This document shows, piece by piece, positions 36,897 to 50,287 of a stretch of DNA of 64,000 nt. The position numbers were made by a program, and so were the translations under genes. The DNA lies in the NCBI GenBank assembly GCA_951406725.2, contig OX597828.1:66712001-66776000 (forward strand), read 5' to 3'. Source of the DNA: Octopus vulgaris. Lineage: Eukaryota. The notes under the pieces were generated by a model, which saw only the letters and a program-made list of their open reading frames with translations, did no database searches and was not told where the DNA came from. Numbering within the stretch: position 1 is the first letter of the stretch; each line of letters begins with the position of its first letter.

Positions 36897-37642
36897 ATAT
36901 ATATAATTTTATTTAAATATTATTTTTTAGGGAATAAAAATTCTGGCATAACAGAAGTTCAAATTATTCTCAATGAAGAAATATATTTTAATTTAGAGAT
37001 AATGGACCCCTACATCTCACCAATTAATAAGAATTTTTATTTTAATTTTAAATACCTACTGTTTTATTACTTGGCAACGCGTATTTCTTGAGGTACACAT
37101 ATATATATGTATACACAAATACATACACACACACATACACACATATACAAATACATACACACACACACACACACATATATATACAAATACACATACATAT
37201 ATAATTTATAAACACATACACGTCTCTGTTCTTGATCATTTCTTGCCTCTTATTTCTTCACTCATTGTCTTCTGTATCCTTTCTTTACCCTTTCCTTCCC
37301 ACCTCTCACTCTTTTTTTGTCAAGATTGGATGGGTTTGTAAATTCATACATTTGTATGTCTTACTGTACTGAGAATGCTAAAGATTGACGGTCACTAATG
37401 CAATCAGTGAACTGTGAAGCTATTATGTTGAGTGAACAAAAGCAAAATGCTTAAGACTGAATATACTCTAAAGATGAGTCTTCTTTTAAATTCATTTGTT
37501 ATTCCCAACTTTTAATGAGTTGGAAATACATGTCTGTTATTATGCAAGCAATACAATTGTGAATGAATGTCTTCATCTAAAACAAAAACTAATAATCTAC
37601 CTTTCAATGTAATTGGAACTTTTTATTTTTTTTTTTTTTTAG

Positions 37643-37815
37643 ATTCCATTAATAAAAAAGGCTCAGAAAATGAGTAAAAGAAAAGTGCTCTTGTTTGGGA
37701 GTCCATGGAGTGCTCCAGCTTGGATGAAGACAAATAACAATATGACAGGCATGGGAATGCTCAAAGGGAAACCTGGTGGTGCCTACTATAATGCGTGGGC
37801 ACTCTATTTTGTCAA
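37643..37815 (+). CDS. GBA1: Glucosylceramidase exon
   Basis: IPLIKKAQ...GSPWSAPAWMKTN...AWALYFVK. 173 nt. Confidence 0.96.
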
Positions 37816-39706
37816 GTAGGTTTACCTGGAAAATCCCTTTTGCTATTCATTTCATCTTGATATATATACACACACACACATGCACATCTTTTACTTGTTT
37901 CAGTTATTAGACTGTGGCCATGCTGGGGCACTGCCTTGAAGAAATTCTAGTAGAATGAATTGACCCCTGTACCATTTTTTTAAAGCCTGGTATTTATTCT
38001 ATTGATGTCTTTTGCTGACCCACTAAGTTACAGGGATATAAACACACCAACACCAGTTGTCAGGCACTGGGGAAGACACACACACACACATTTTTTTATA
38101 CACCAGGCTTCTTTCAGTTTCCATCTACCAGATCCACTCACAAAGCTTTGGTCAACCCAAGGCTATAGTAGAAGACACTTCTAGGTACTACTCGGTTTTG
38201 CCAGCTGAGTGGACTGGAGCAACGTGAAATAAAGTGTCTTGCTCAAGGACATAATGCACCACTGGGTGAGCCGAATACCCCTAAAGCTATGCATTAAGCT
38301 ATGCACCTTCACATGAAAGTGACATAAGGACATATTGGTGGATTATTATCTTCTGCTAGCAGAAAGACCCCTCTCTGGCTGGTTTTATGGTATTTACACA
38401 TTTGATTCCCAATTTGTGTAATTTTTCTAATATGTTACATTTAATTTATTTTTCTTTGTAGGAGTGGCTGTGTGGTAAGTAGCTTGCTTACCAACCACAT
38501 GGTTCATACTTTGATATCATTTAGAGCAGAGCAGTGAAGGATTGCTTTGGTACAATGGTAGAACATCTATCATGTGCACTGGTGATGTGGGTTCCACTCC
38601 TACAGGTGTTGGCTTTTTTCTCAAAACAGCAAGCTGGCAGAATCTGTAGCACACAGAGTGAAATGCTTAGCGGTATTTTGTCTGTCTTCACATTCTGGGT
38701 TCAAATTCTACTGAGGTTGACTTTGCCTTTCATCCTTTCAGGGTTGATAAAATAAGTACCGGTTAAATACTGGGGTCGATGTAATCAACTTACCCTCTTG
38801 CCCCAAAACTGTTGTTCTTGTGCCAAAATTTGAATTCAATATTTTAGAGCAGAAAATATGTTTTCTTCATCAGCAGAAGAATGAGTTAATGAAAGTTAGA
38901 TTAATAATTAAATTAATTAGTTGAAGGTAACAGAGATTTCGGTCCCATTACTACTTTATCACTGTTCTGCATCCATTAGGCACAGAGAATTTCATATTTC
39001 ATGGACTTCTGATGGCTGCACCAGGCTTCAATCTTGATCTGGCAGAGTTTCTACAGCTGGATGCCCTTCCTAACGCCAACCACTCTGAGAGTGTAGTTGG
39101 TTCTTTTACAGGCCACCGGCACGGGGCCAGTCAGGCGGTACTGGCAACGACCACTCTTCATGAGAGAATTGTTTTTTCTATTTTGAATATATCTTCAAAC
39201 CTTATTATTTGCGCTGTGTGTGTCTGTAGACAAGATACATTAATCTATTATGTTCAGCCTACCTATCTGAAATCTTTTTAGTAAAAAGTAGACTGGCAAA
39301 TATAAAGGAAACAGAAAAATGTATCTGGCAGTAAAATAATTCCTCTAATAATATTGTATGATGTTACAAGCAATCCTATAATCCCTCTCTCTCTTTCGGA
39401 GAGGCACAAGCACCTACACGCACATATACACACACGGCAGTAACTTCCATCTACCGAATTCAATCACAAAGCTCCGGTCAGCTCGGGGCTATAGTGGAAG
39501 ACACCTACCCAAAGTGCCACGCAGTGGGACTGAACCCGAAACCATATAGCTAGGAAGCAAGCTCCCTAACCACACAGCCTCATTGGAACTATTTAATGAT
39601 TCATTACTTAAAAACCTGTAGTTTAACCTAGTTGTGTCTCATTTCGTAACTGGATCCTTTAATTCAGTATTTTTAAATCAAAATGTTCTTTTGTCTTTTT
39701 ACTTAG

Positions 39707-39944
39707 GTTCCTTGAAGAGTATAAACATTTCAACATCACATTCTGGGGTTTAACAGCCCAGAATGAACCCGTAGATGGCTTGATTTATAAATTCCCATTT
39801 CAAGCTATGGGCTGGACACCTCAGCTGCAACGAGATTTCATCATCAAAGATTTAGGACCACTACTCCATAGTTATGGTTACGGTAATTTGAAGCTAATGA
39901 TATTTGACGACCAACGAACATTTCTGGTTAATTGGGTCAAAACA
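39707..39944 (+). CDS. GBA1: Glucosylceramidase exon (catalytic acid/base Glu)
   Basis: FWGLTAQNEP...QRDFIIKDLGP...DDQR. 238 nt. Confidence 0.97.
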
Positions 39945-40711
39945 GTAAGTAGTTAATTAAATGACTTCTTATAGCAATTGATGTTGTTAGTTAAGGCCAC
40001 ACAGCTTGAACAGCTTCAGTGGAGCACAAACCAATGAAGGAGACTGTAGAAATAGTAGCTAAATCTTTCTCAAATCATATCCTATTGTCTTCAGTAAAGA
40101 AGTGCACCTTTGTCAATGTCATCATCATTATCATCATTGTTTAATGTCCACTTTCCATGCTAGCATGGGTTGGACGGTTCGACTGGGGTCTGGAAAGCCA
40201 GGAGGCTGCACCAGGCTCCAGTCTGATCTGGCAGTGTTTCTACAGCTGGATGCCCTTCCTAACGCCAACCACTCCAAGAGTGTAGTGGGTGCTTTTTACG
40301 TACCAGGTTAGCCTGGCAATGGCCACGATCGGTTGATGCTTTTTACGTGCCACTGGCATGGAGGTCAGTCGAGGTGGCACTGGCAACAGCCACGTTCGGA
40401 TGGTCCTTTTATGTGCCACTGGCACTGGTATCACAACTACAATTTCCATTGATTTTTGAGTGATTTTGATTTCAATTCCGATTTCACTTGCCTCAGCAAG
40501 TGTGTATATTTTAATATTTACGCCAGTCTACAAAATGGTGATGCTGTTTATGTTGTGAATGTTTATGTCCAGTAATTTTGTGATCTGATAAATAGTGAAA
40601 CTGAAATAAATACTGGGGGTTGATTTGATGAACTAAAACCCTTGATAATAATGTAAACAGTTGACAATATTTTTATATTTCTTGCAATGAGAAAATTTTT
40701 AAATGCCTTAA

Positions 40712-40931
40712 CCCTTTCGTTACTGTATTTCTGTTGAGATACTCTGTGTATCTTTCAATTATTTCAAATATAACAAAGAATTTAGTAAAATAATTTAGTT
40801 ATCATTCAGCTGGTGTTAGGAACAAAAGTTGTGACCAAGGTTTGGTGGAAGATTTTAATTCAAAACTTCTGAAAACAAGACATTTGTACTCATAGCCAGA
40901 GCTGGTTTCAGCTGGGTTGGTAACGAAAGGG
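40712..40931. mobile_element. piggyBac-type MITE
   Basis: TTAA|CCCTTTCGTTAC...GTAACGAAAGGG|TTAA. Confidence 0.85.
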
Positions 40932-41014
40932 TTAACTCGTTTTACTTCTCTTCTAAATCCATGGTATGTGGCTTCAGTAAAAAAATTTATGTCTTTTGTA
41001 TTTTTTTCTTCAAG

Positions 41015-41239
41015 GTTTTAAATAACACCTTAGCCAGAACATTTGTGTCTGGCATCGGAGTACATTGGTATGAAGATATTGACCTGACATTGTCATTTCT
41101 AGACAAGACACACGAACTGTTCCCTAATCATTTCATTTTGGGAACTGAAGCTTGTGCTGCATCTTATCCATGGGAGCAGCCCAAAGTGGCTCTTGGAAGT
41201 TGGAAGCGAGCCGAAAGTTACAGCAAAGATATCATCCAG
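41015..41239 (+). CDS. GBA1: Glucosylceramidase exon (catalytic nucleophile Glu)
   Basis: GIGVHWY...ILGTEAC...LGSWKRAESYSKDIIQ. 225 nt. Confidence 0.97.
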
Positions 41240-43232
41240 GTTATTTTCTTTTCTTTTATTTACTGTCTGAGTTGTGAAGGTCCAATATTGATTTTTCTTC
41301 TCTAGATGTCAGCTGTTATTTTATGAATTACTAGAAGGAGAACAGCTTACCTGCAATCTGCTGCAGTCTTTTTACTACCTGTTTCTCTCCTCCAATTCAC
41401 AGTTTAATGTAATCTTTCTTAATTTGCTACACACAAGAACTAACTAATTCTGTTGTTGCTGTTTATCTGGTTATTTCTGGCATGGTTTTATAACTGGATG
41501 CCCTTTATATCGCCAACCTCTTTACAGTATGTATTTAGGATGCATTTATTGTTCCAGCTGCACTGGAGACATGTCTTTCACAAGACTAAGTCTCCTCAAC
41601 TTTATATAGTCCCTGTTTCTCCCTCTCTGTTTTGGTGTGTGTAATATTGTCTTATATATGGGAGGGAGAGGCCTTAGAGTCATAGCTTGGAAGTTAAAGG
41701 AACAGACGTTTAGACACCTATGAAGTGGGTATCATGATAGCTACTTGTTTATACTGACAGGATGAGTTTTGGGAGACAAGGGGCTAATATACATATAGCA
41801 GCTGTGTCTATATCAGTGGAAAAGTCAGTTGGTACAGAAAACTGGAAATGGAAGCAAGAATTGACAAACGGGTAAGGGTTGGTGACAGGAAGGGCATCCA
41901 GCTGTAAAACAATGCTTCACTTATATATTTGTCTAATTCATATTAGCATGGAAAGACATGTAAAAACAAAAGTACATATGTCTTCGTTCCTTCCTTTCTT
42001 TCATTGATGAATGTATATTCCATAAAAGAGGTTATCGTTAGCACAAATTGTGACATCAATTAAATCAATGAATTATATACCAAAGTTGAATAGTTTTACC
42101 GTCCTTCTACAAAATCTTTCACGAACACACACACACCTATGCCGAAGATAAAGATCAATAAAATCTTTAATAGAGAACAAGTTTATGAAAATCCCTAAAC
42201 ATAATCAGCAACACTTCACTTAAGCTTTTCTCTTTCTTTCATATTGTATTCACTTCATAAGAATCTTGACTTTGCTTTTGAAATTCATATGAAAATTATC
42301 CTGCACCATCTGTTAGCAGAATTCTTAAGTTAGAAGTGACAGGTGTTTCTCAAGTTGGGTTTCCCAGAAGCCATTGCCAGACCAGTTACGTCTATGTTGT
42401 TATCATCTTTAGTTTATACTAAGTTTGAGTATGTACTATTCACCAGTGAGTGAGAAGTATGAACGTTGAAGAGCAAGAGGCAAGTCCAGGCAAGCTGGGA
42501 TAAGGATGTAGTTTCCAGTATTTCGACAAAGCAAATTTTCACTTGACCTTACATTGCTAAAACCCTCAGAAAGGTCATAAACATCACCCCTTTCTCTAAA
42601 ATTACAAGGCCTTATGTGAGAGGTGTAAGAAGTCATTATTAAGTTTTCATGTTTGTTCTTCATGCTGGCATGGGTTGGACAGTTTGAAAGGAGTTGGCCC
42701 ATTGAAGGGCTAATTGAGCTCCATTTGTCATGGTTTCTATGGATGGAAGCCCTTCCTAATTCTGACCTCTGTATGGTGTGTACTGGGCACTTTTATCTTG
42801 CATTGGCTTGGACATTTTCATGAGCACTTATATGTGGGACTGGCACAAGTGCTGTTATGTGGAACTGGCATGGGTGCTTTTACACGGCATGGGCCCAGGT
42901 GCTTTTGTGTGGTACCAGCATGGGTACAAGTGCTTTTACGTGGCACAGGCATGGGCACTTTTACTTGGTACCAGCACCCATGAGCCTGCAAGTTTAGGAT
43001 CTCTTGGCTGAGAGAGGGATGGAGAGGACATGTCTGTATGCATGGGCAGCCATGATTTTATTTAGATTGGTATGTTTTCTCAAGCACCGAAAGCCACCAG
43101 AAGTCTCAGTCTTTTATATTAAAAGTGATTAACTGGAGTTGAACTATCTTTTTTTCAGTAGTAAATATTGCATATAGTCACATTAATTAGTATGATGTAT
43201 GATGTGTAACCATTTCATTTTTTTAACAACAG

Positions 43233-43396
43233 GATTTGAATCACTGGGTGACAGGTTGGACAGACTGGAATATGGCTCTTGATCTTGAAGGTGGTCCAAA
43301 TTGGGCCAAGAATTTTGTTGACAGTGCTATTATTGTTAATAAAACAGCTGGGGAGTTCTACAAACAGCCCATGTACTATATAATGGCACATTTCAG
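43233..43396 (+). CDS. GBA1: Glucosylceramidase exon
   Basis: [24 protein letters not shown]...[11 protein letters not shown]. 164 nt. Confidence 0.97.
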
Positions 43397-43900
43397 GTAA
43401 ACTTTGAAATACAATAGTTTTGATATTCATATATTTTAATACAAAAAAAAAATGAGAATACCCTGTAAACCTGTACAGGTTTTTTTCTGATGACTTTGTG
43501 TTCATGTAGTTTTGTTAGCCTTTTAGCATTTAAACTGGCCATATTTGGCACAAATATTCTACCTTGTTATAAGTTCAAACCATCTAGATTTGGCCTCTCA
43601 CACTTACCCTAGGGTGTTATTCTAAAAGTAAATAACCACATCATTTGAAATCTTGAAGCTACGAGATCTTCGTGAATAATTCAAAACAATGAAAATTAAT
43701 AAGTAATAAAATTTGACAGAGTAATCTGATTACGAAAGGGTTGAAACCGTTGTAGTTTTTGATTATGGTGATCACTATTGTTTTATGTTTGCCGAGTTTA
43801 GTCACTTCATTTGTCAGCTCAAACTCTATCAGATTGTCTTTCATTGCTCTGAAGTTGGTAAAGAAGTACCTGTAATTCTAACTTCTCCCAAGATATTGTA

Positions 43901-45129
43901 TCAGGTTGAGTGAAAAGTAAGAAACGTTTTGAACCATGAAGAATTTGTACCAGTTTTTTTTTCAGAGTTTTGAATTTTTTTACAATAGTCTGATAATACA
44001 GACATAGACTTGCCCAAATGCATCAATAAATTAACATTGATTTTTTTTCACCGTTGTTACCATCATCTGAAATGGAACTGTCAAAGTGCGATATTTGAGC
44101 AATTTTGCTATTCAACTTCAAAAAAGGATGTAAAGCAGCTGAAACTGCTCGCGATATCAACGAAATGTTTGGTGAAGAAATGACCAGTGAGTGATCAGCT
44201 TGAAAATGGTTTAAACAATTTCGCAGTGGAGACCTTAGCCTTGAAGATTGTGAGCGTAGTGGACGCCCATCTATCATCGATGACGGTCAATTAAAGATCC
44301 ACATTAAATCACTTGTAAACTGGCAAAAGAACTTCAAGTTAGCTAGAAAACTGCCTGCAACCATTTGCATGCAATTGGAAAATCAAAAAAAGCTCGACAA
44401 ATGAGTACCACATGATTTGAATGAAAATCAGAAAATGCGCAGATATGAAATTTGCTTGTTGCTTCTTCTCTGTAACCAGACCGATCCATTTCTCGACCAT
44501 ATTGTAACTTGTGATGAAAAGTGGTTTCTGCACAATAATAAAAACGTTCTGCGCAGTAGTTAGACCAAAATGAAGCACTGGAAACCTTCCCTAAACCTGA
44601 CCTCTTCGAAAAGAAGGTTATGGTGACTGTTTGGTGGTGTATTGCTGGACTCATCCACTATAACTTCTTAAAACCTGGAGAAACCATTACTGCAGAAACA
44701 TATTGCCAAAATGAATGAAAAATTTCTACTCCTCCATCCCAGACTGGTCAACAGAAGAGGGCCAATCATTCTTCATGACATTGCTCGATCACACGTTTCA
44801 CTAATGACGCTCCAGAAGTTGAGGGAACTTGGTTGCAAAGTTCTTTCCCACCCAGCTTATTCCTCAAACCTTTCTCATACCAACTACCACCTTTTCAAGC
44901 ACCTTGATTGTTTCCTGCAAGAGAAGGAGCTCAAAATCAAACCGATGCTGAAAGTGCGTTCAAGCTCCAGAACTCCAGATTTTTATGTTACTGGAATAAA
45001 CAAACTTCGTTGGCAAAAATGTGTTGGTTGTAAAGGTACTTGCTTGGATGAATGAAATCCCCGCATTGCTGAAATATATGGTGATGAATTTCATGTTTCA
45101 AAACGTTGCTTGCTTCTTACTCAGCTTGA
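43901..45129 (+). mobile_element. Full-length degenerate mariner transposon
   Basis: TA TSD, ~38-bp imperfect TIRs, and transposase relics (KAAETARDINEMFG, IVTCDEKW, LHDIARSH, HPAYSSNLS) with stops and frameshifts. Confidence 0.9.
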
Positions 45130-45554
45130 TACCTAAGTGAACTGAAAATGCATTTATTATTCGTGATGTTCGGTTTGATGGAGTGGTTAGAAAAATGCCT
45201 TGTTCTATTTAATCAAATACCTTTACATTCTTAGTTGAACTTCCACTAATATCAACTTTGTCTTTCATCTATTTGGGGTTGTAAGGAATCTATCCAAAAA
45301 TTGTTCTCTTCAACTTTATATATTTTTCTGCCTTTTTAACCTTTCTTTAAAATTTTAGGGTGGATAAATAAGTACCATTTTTCTTTTCTTGGTGTAAATA
45401 TTCAGCTTAGAAGTAAAGTAATGGAGTGTGATAATGGTATTTTCTCCTTTATTAGTAATGTTAGTTATTAAGATTGGTGGATTGGCAGTATTTGTCCTAC
45501 TCTCTAATATCTTTTAGGGGTTAATAAAATAAAGTACCACCCTAGTATTGAGTC

Positions 45555-45840
45555 AGTGGAGGCACATGACCTAGTGGTTACAGCAGCGGACTCACGGGTT
45601 CGAATCTCAGACTGGGCGATGTGTGTGTTTATGAGCGAAACACCTAAGCTCCATGCAGCTCCGGCAGAAGGTAATGGCGAACTTCTGCTGATTCTTTCGC
45701 CATAACTTTCTCTCAATCTTTCCTCCTGCATCTTGCAGCTCATCTGCGACGGATTGGCGTCCCATCCAGGTGGGGAACCTAAACGCCAAGGAAACCAGCC
45801 CTTATGAGCCAGGCATGGCTCGAGAAGGAACAAACAACAT
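45555..45840 (+). mobile_element. SINE with family D head and a different 3' tail
   Basis: TSD TATTGAGTC. The head matches the 24213 copy, and the sequence diverges after ~45730. Confidence 0.75.
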
Positions 45841-46446
45841 TATTGAGTCCGACCAACCTTTTCCTTAAACTTGTTACTAACACTGTGTAACAAAATTTTG
45901 ATTGTTTTTTTCATTGGTCAGTAAGTGTTATTTCCTATTTGCTTCTATCTAGAAATGACTACTATTCCCTTCAAATTTTGCTTTTGTACGCTGAACACCA
46001 ATGTTTTGAAGTTGACTTATTTTCCATTACATTTCAGACAAATTCAGCACAGAGTTGCTGAAGCAGAAATACCATTATAGCAAATATTCTGCTCAGTACC
46101 ATTAGATTTGCTGGTCAGTTTATTGACCTTAACCACTTGAGCAAGTCCCTTAATGGTTGACATTATGTGCTTCTCTGATCACAAGCAGGAGTAGTGGGGG
46201 AGCATCATAGCCATGTGTTGAGAGGGATTCTTTGGAGTTTGATATAAATGTAACAAAAGCATAGTTTGAAGGAAATGTTAGACATTTTTTGTACTTTCTA
46301 AGGACAAGCAAATAGGAAATAACAGTTGCTACCCAAGGACAAAAACTGTGTTACACAATTTTGCTTTTGACTTGAACTTAAAATTTGCCATTTGAACTTG
46401 AAATTTATTTTTTTAAATTCATATTTTGTTTTTTTCTTTAAAACAG

Positions 46447-46560
46447 TAAATATATCTTACCTGACTCTGTAAGAATTGAAATCACAAACATACCAAAATC
46501 TTTAGATGTAGTTGGTTTTCTCCGTCCCGACAAAGCTACAGTTGTCGTCATTGTCAATCG
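46447..46560 (+). CDS. GBA1: Glucosylceramidase exon
   Basis: KYILPDSVRI...LDVVGFLRPDKATVVVIVNR. Phase 2/2. Confidence 0.94.
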
Positions 46561-47488
46561 GTAAGTCTAAGATTTACTTTTATTTCTTTATTATTATGAT
46601 TTTACTAATATTCTTTTGACAGTCACATACACAGACCATTTCTTCAATAAATAATACTTAACCCTTTCATTACCAACCCGGCTGAATCTGGCTCTGAGTA
46701 CTAATGTCTTGTTTTCATAAGTTTTGAATTAAAATCTTCCACCAAACGTTAGTCACAATTTATGTTCCAAACACTAGCTGAATGATAACTAAGTTATTTT
46801 ATTAATTTCTTTGTTATATTGAAAGTAACTAAATTCTTTGTTATATTGGAAGTAAAGGTAGAGGGGCTCTTAAAAGATAACATTCTTTACCATGGAGTGG
46901 TTGCTGTTAGGAAGGGCATCCAGCTGTAGAAACACTGCCAGATCAGACTGGAGCCTGGTTGAACCGTCCAACCCATGCTAGCATGGAAAACGGATGTTAA
47001 ACGACAATGATGATGATATCATCTGACACAGCATATCTAGTATGTTGCTGCAGTGTGTTGTACCCAAGAATCCAATGTACATACACCACTTTGGCTTTCC
47101 CTACCAGAAAGTCTCTTTACTGCGAAGCATGTTTTTTTGTTTTGTCTTAGATGATACATCCATTGTCTTGGATGTTGTTGACATCTTGCATTTGTAAAAT
47201 TGTTGGCCATTCTGCAGGAGACAACACACTTTCAGTTGAGTGAACTGGAGCAATATGAAATGAAATACCTTGCTGAAGAACATAATGTACTACCTATTCT
47301 AGGAATCGAGCCCAAGACCATGCAGTCATGAGTCCAAAAGCCTTGCTCCACTTACCAAATGCCTGCTGGTCTTCACAATACAGATTACAAACTTCAAGAC
47401 CTAAATCTCATGATACTGGTTGTAATTAGAACATTCATTGACTAATCAACAATATACTAAATGGACACATACACCTCGGAAGCTTTTA

Positions 47489-47683
47489 TGAAGGGGTGCT
47501 GAAAAGTTCCTGGTTTTAAGGGTATTACAGGAGGCCCAACTTTCTGAGTTCTTTTACAGAGCTTAGAAAAACTGAAGGATCATGGCAATAAGTGTGTGAA
47601 TCTGAGATGGGAATATGTTGAATAAAATCATAACTGATCCACTTTTACCCAAAGCCAGGAACTTTTCAGCAGCCCTGCCCCTG
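47489..47683. mobile_element. Mariner-derived MITE
   Basis: TIRs GGGGTGCTGAAAAGTTCCTGG / CCAGGAACTTTTCAGCAGCCC with TA flanks. Confidence 0.7.
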
Positions 47684-47761
47684 TACGTTATGTAATGAAT
47701 ATCTATGGATTCTGTTTATTTAAAGATCCTGTAATATCAATATTTCATTTTTCTTCTTCAG

Positions 47762-47867
47762 ACAAGATCAAAGTGTTAAATATACAATACGTGACCCACA
47801 CCTAGGACAAATTGTAGGTAATGCTGATCAACATTCAATCCAGACATTAATTTGGTGGAACAAATGA
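47762..47867 (+). CDS. GBA1: Glucosylceramidase last coding exon
   Basis: QDQSVKYTIRDPHLG...HSIQTLIWWNK* (cf. human SIHTYLW). Confidence 0.93.
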
Positions 47868-50173
47868 TGTAAGTATATTGCAAAATCTGACCCCACCAAC
47901 AACCTTATTGCCTCTCTCCACAAACGTCTTTAGATCATAAATTGAGAGAACCACTTATATACCTGAAAGATAAAACATGCCTGCCATATCTTAAAAAAAA
48001 AAAAGATCCATTGGACAGTCTTGGATATACGAAAACAGATGGAATGCTGATGACTGGAACATCATGTTGTTGTTGAATAACTTCAACCAATCTCAAAATT
48101 CTTGTTGATTCACCTACATCTGAAATAAACCTGAGTCTAATCCATTCTAAATACCAGACTGTAATATTTCTACCTACTTTCTAATGGCTTAAACTAAATT
48201 GCCCAATGATGGATGTCACACATTAGAAACAGTGAAGCAGAAAATATATTTCATGTTTAATTATTTCACTTAATTATGTGACGTAATTAGTTTCATCATC
48301 ACTAAAGCAGGTATGTAAATATCCATCAATTTACGCTCTAGCTTGTATCTCGACATATATATATTCCAATCCTTTTCTGTTGTAAACATTATAAAGGAAT
48401 TTTAGATGGATGAATCAAAAAGGTATAAAAAGTAATAGCAAACTACTTAAGACAATTTTAGTTTCCAAGTTTTATTTGAGAAATATAAAAAGAAAAAAAA
48501 ATGAAGATGTTCCACACTATTTAGTCCAGGCTATTAAGAGTTGAAGAAAGTTCTATGGAAATAAAATATTAGCATTCTGGTGAAATATTGCTTAACATTA
48601 TTGTTGCTGCCTTCAGTTTGAGAGGGGCTCTTAAAAGATAACATTCTTTACCACGTATTTGTTATGGAATACTAACATTTTAGAAAATCTGAACAAAAAC
48701 TAACAATTATACTGGTTTGATAGGAGGAGAGAGAGAAATATTTTTCAATTGAAATGTTTAAGTTATTTATCAGTTGCTTGTGAAATAACTTCCTGTCGAT
48801 CTGCCTTAGCAACATGAAGATCAGCTTTGAAAATGTATATAATTTAATGGAATTTTATTGAAATAATCTCTTGGAGATGGACGACGCTAGAAGTTTAGGA
48901 AATTCTTTGCAAGCTTTGCCGAAGAAAAACAGAAAGTGAAGATTTTCTACCAAGTCAAATATGTATTTACCAGCCTTAATCACTGTCTATTTTCACTTTT
49001 GGTATTTTAATTAAAACACCCTATCGTTTTCTTAATTTCATTTCAAGGAACCAATTCACAAGTTGCTAACACCTACGAAATAAAGACGTTGGAATTATTA
49101 ACTCTGAATCGATTTTGAAAAAAAAAACCTCAAAGTATTTACTTTTCTTAAAAATAAAGTATTAAAAACTATCCTCGCAGTTGTCTTTAATTTTTAATTA
49201 ATAAATTATGCAAAGGATTAGGGGAAAAAAACCCACGCAAATCCAGGCTCGGCCAAGAGTACATTAGATTAGTGAACAAAGGGAGATAAATTTATTACCT
49301 CCCTTAGATGCACGCTAATCCACAGACAAATGCTAACATTAAAAATTCTGAAAATCTAATTAGTAGCGTCTCATTTATTTAGTGTCAGAAAGAAGTGTAA
49401 AATTTAATGGCTGTAATTTGATCAGTCTTGTAGAGACATCTTACACAAGATATAGCTGTAAAAATGTATTAAAAGGAAGACTTATAAAAAGTTATTACAA
49501 CCACAAGAAATCAATAAAATCTCAAGGAAAAAAAAACAAATCTTAAAAAGTGTCGCAGTTTTAAGGTAAATGTTTTGAAAAACACTGAAAATTGAATTGA
49601 GATAAATAGTTCAGGTTTGTTTTAGGTAAAAAGGTTGGAATCAAAATTACCATAATTTTGCTTTTATCAAACACACGGATTGATGTTAATGTTTTACAAT
49701 CCAGTGTTTTTCATTCTTTTTATGATGTGGTGTATTGGGGTTTTTTTGCTCTCGTATTAAAGTTATACACAAATGCAAAAAAAAAAATCAACAATTTTTG
49801 AAAAACATGTAACCAAAGTTTTGGAAGTTAACTTTCAGGTATTTTGTTGGGAATTTTTTTTTTTTTATTTTCTTCTTTTTACCAATGAATATTCAAGTAA
49901 CTTTTTTAACGATTCACCATACTACAGAAAGAAGTGTTTCATCATAGACAAATGTACAAACAAATGAGAAAATTCAAGTTAGAAATCTTGTAAAGCAAAT
50001 TGTGTTTTGGAATCCATAATCCTCTGAAAGTAAGAGATGTTCGTGTCAGGCAAACATTAACAATGTGGAAAAAGTCCTCTCGATGTAATGGTTTTATTTT
50101 GTCCAGGAATGACACTAAAGACACTAAAAGATGTTTAATCCTCTGGGAGCCGTAACCTAGACTCACATCAACT

Positions 50174-50287
50174 TCAAGGAGGACTGAAGGAGCCACTTTT
50201 GTTAAACCGTGAAGGAATTTCACTTGATTCTTTAGAAGGTTCTGGTGCTTTCAAATTAATCCCCAAGCCTTTGTATATACTGAGAGC
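50174..50287 (-). CDS. STOML2: Stomatin-like protein 2 last coding exon
   Basis: ALSIYKGL...SPP*. Acceptor CTTTTAG, phase 0. Confidence 0.85.
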   Translation of the reverse strand, partial: ALSIYKGLGINLKAPEPSKESSEIPSRFNKSGSFSPP

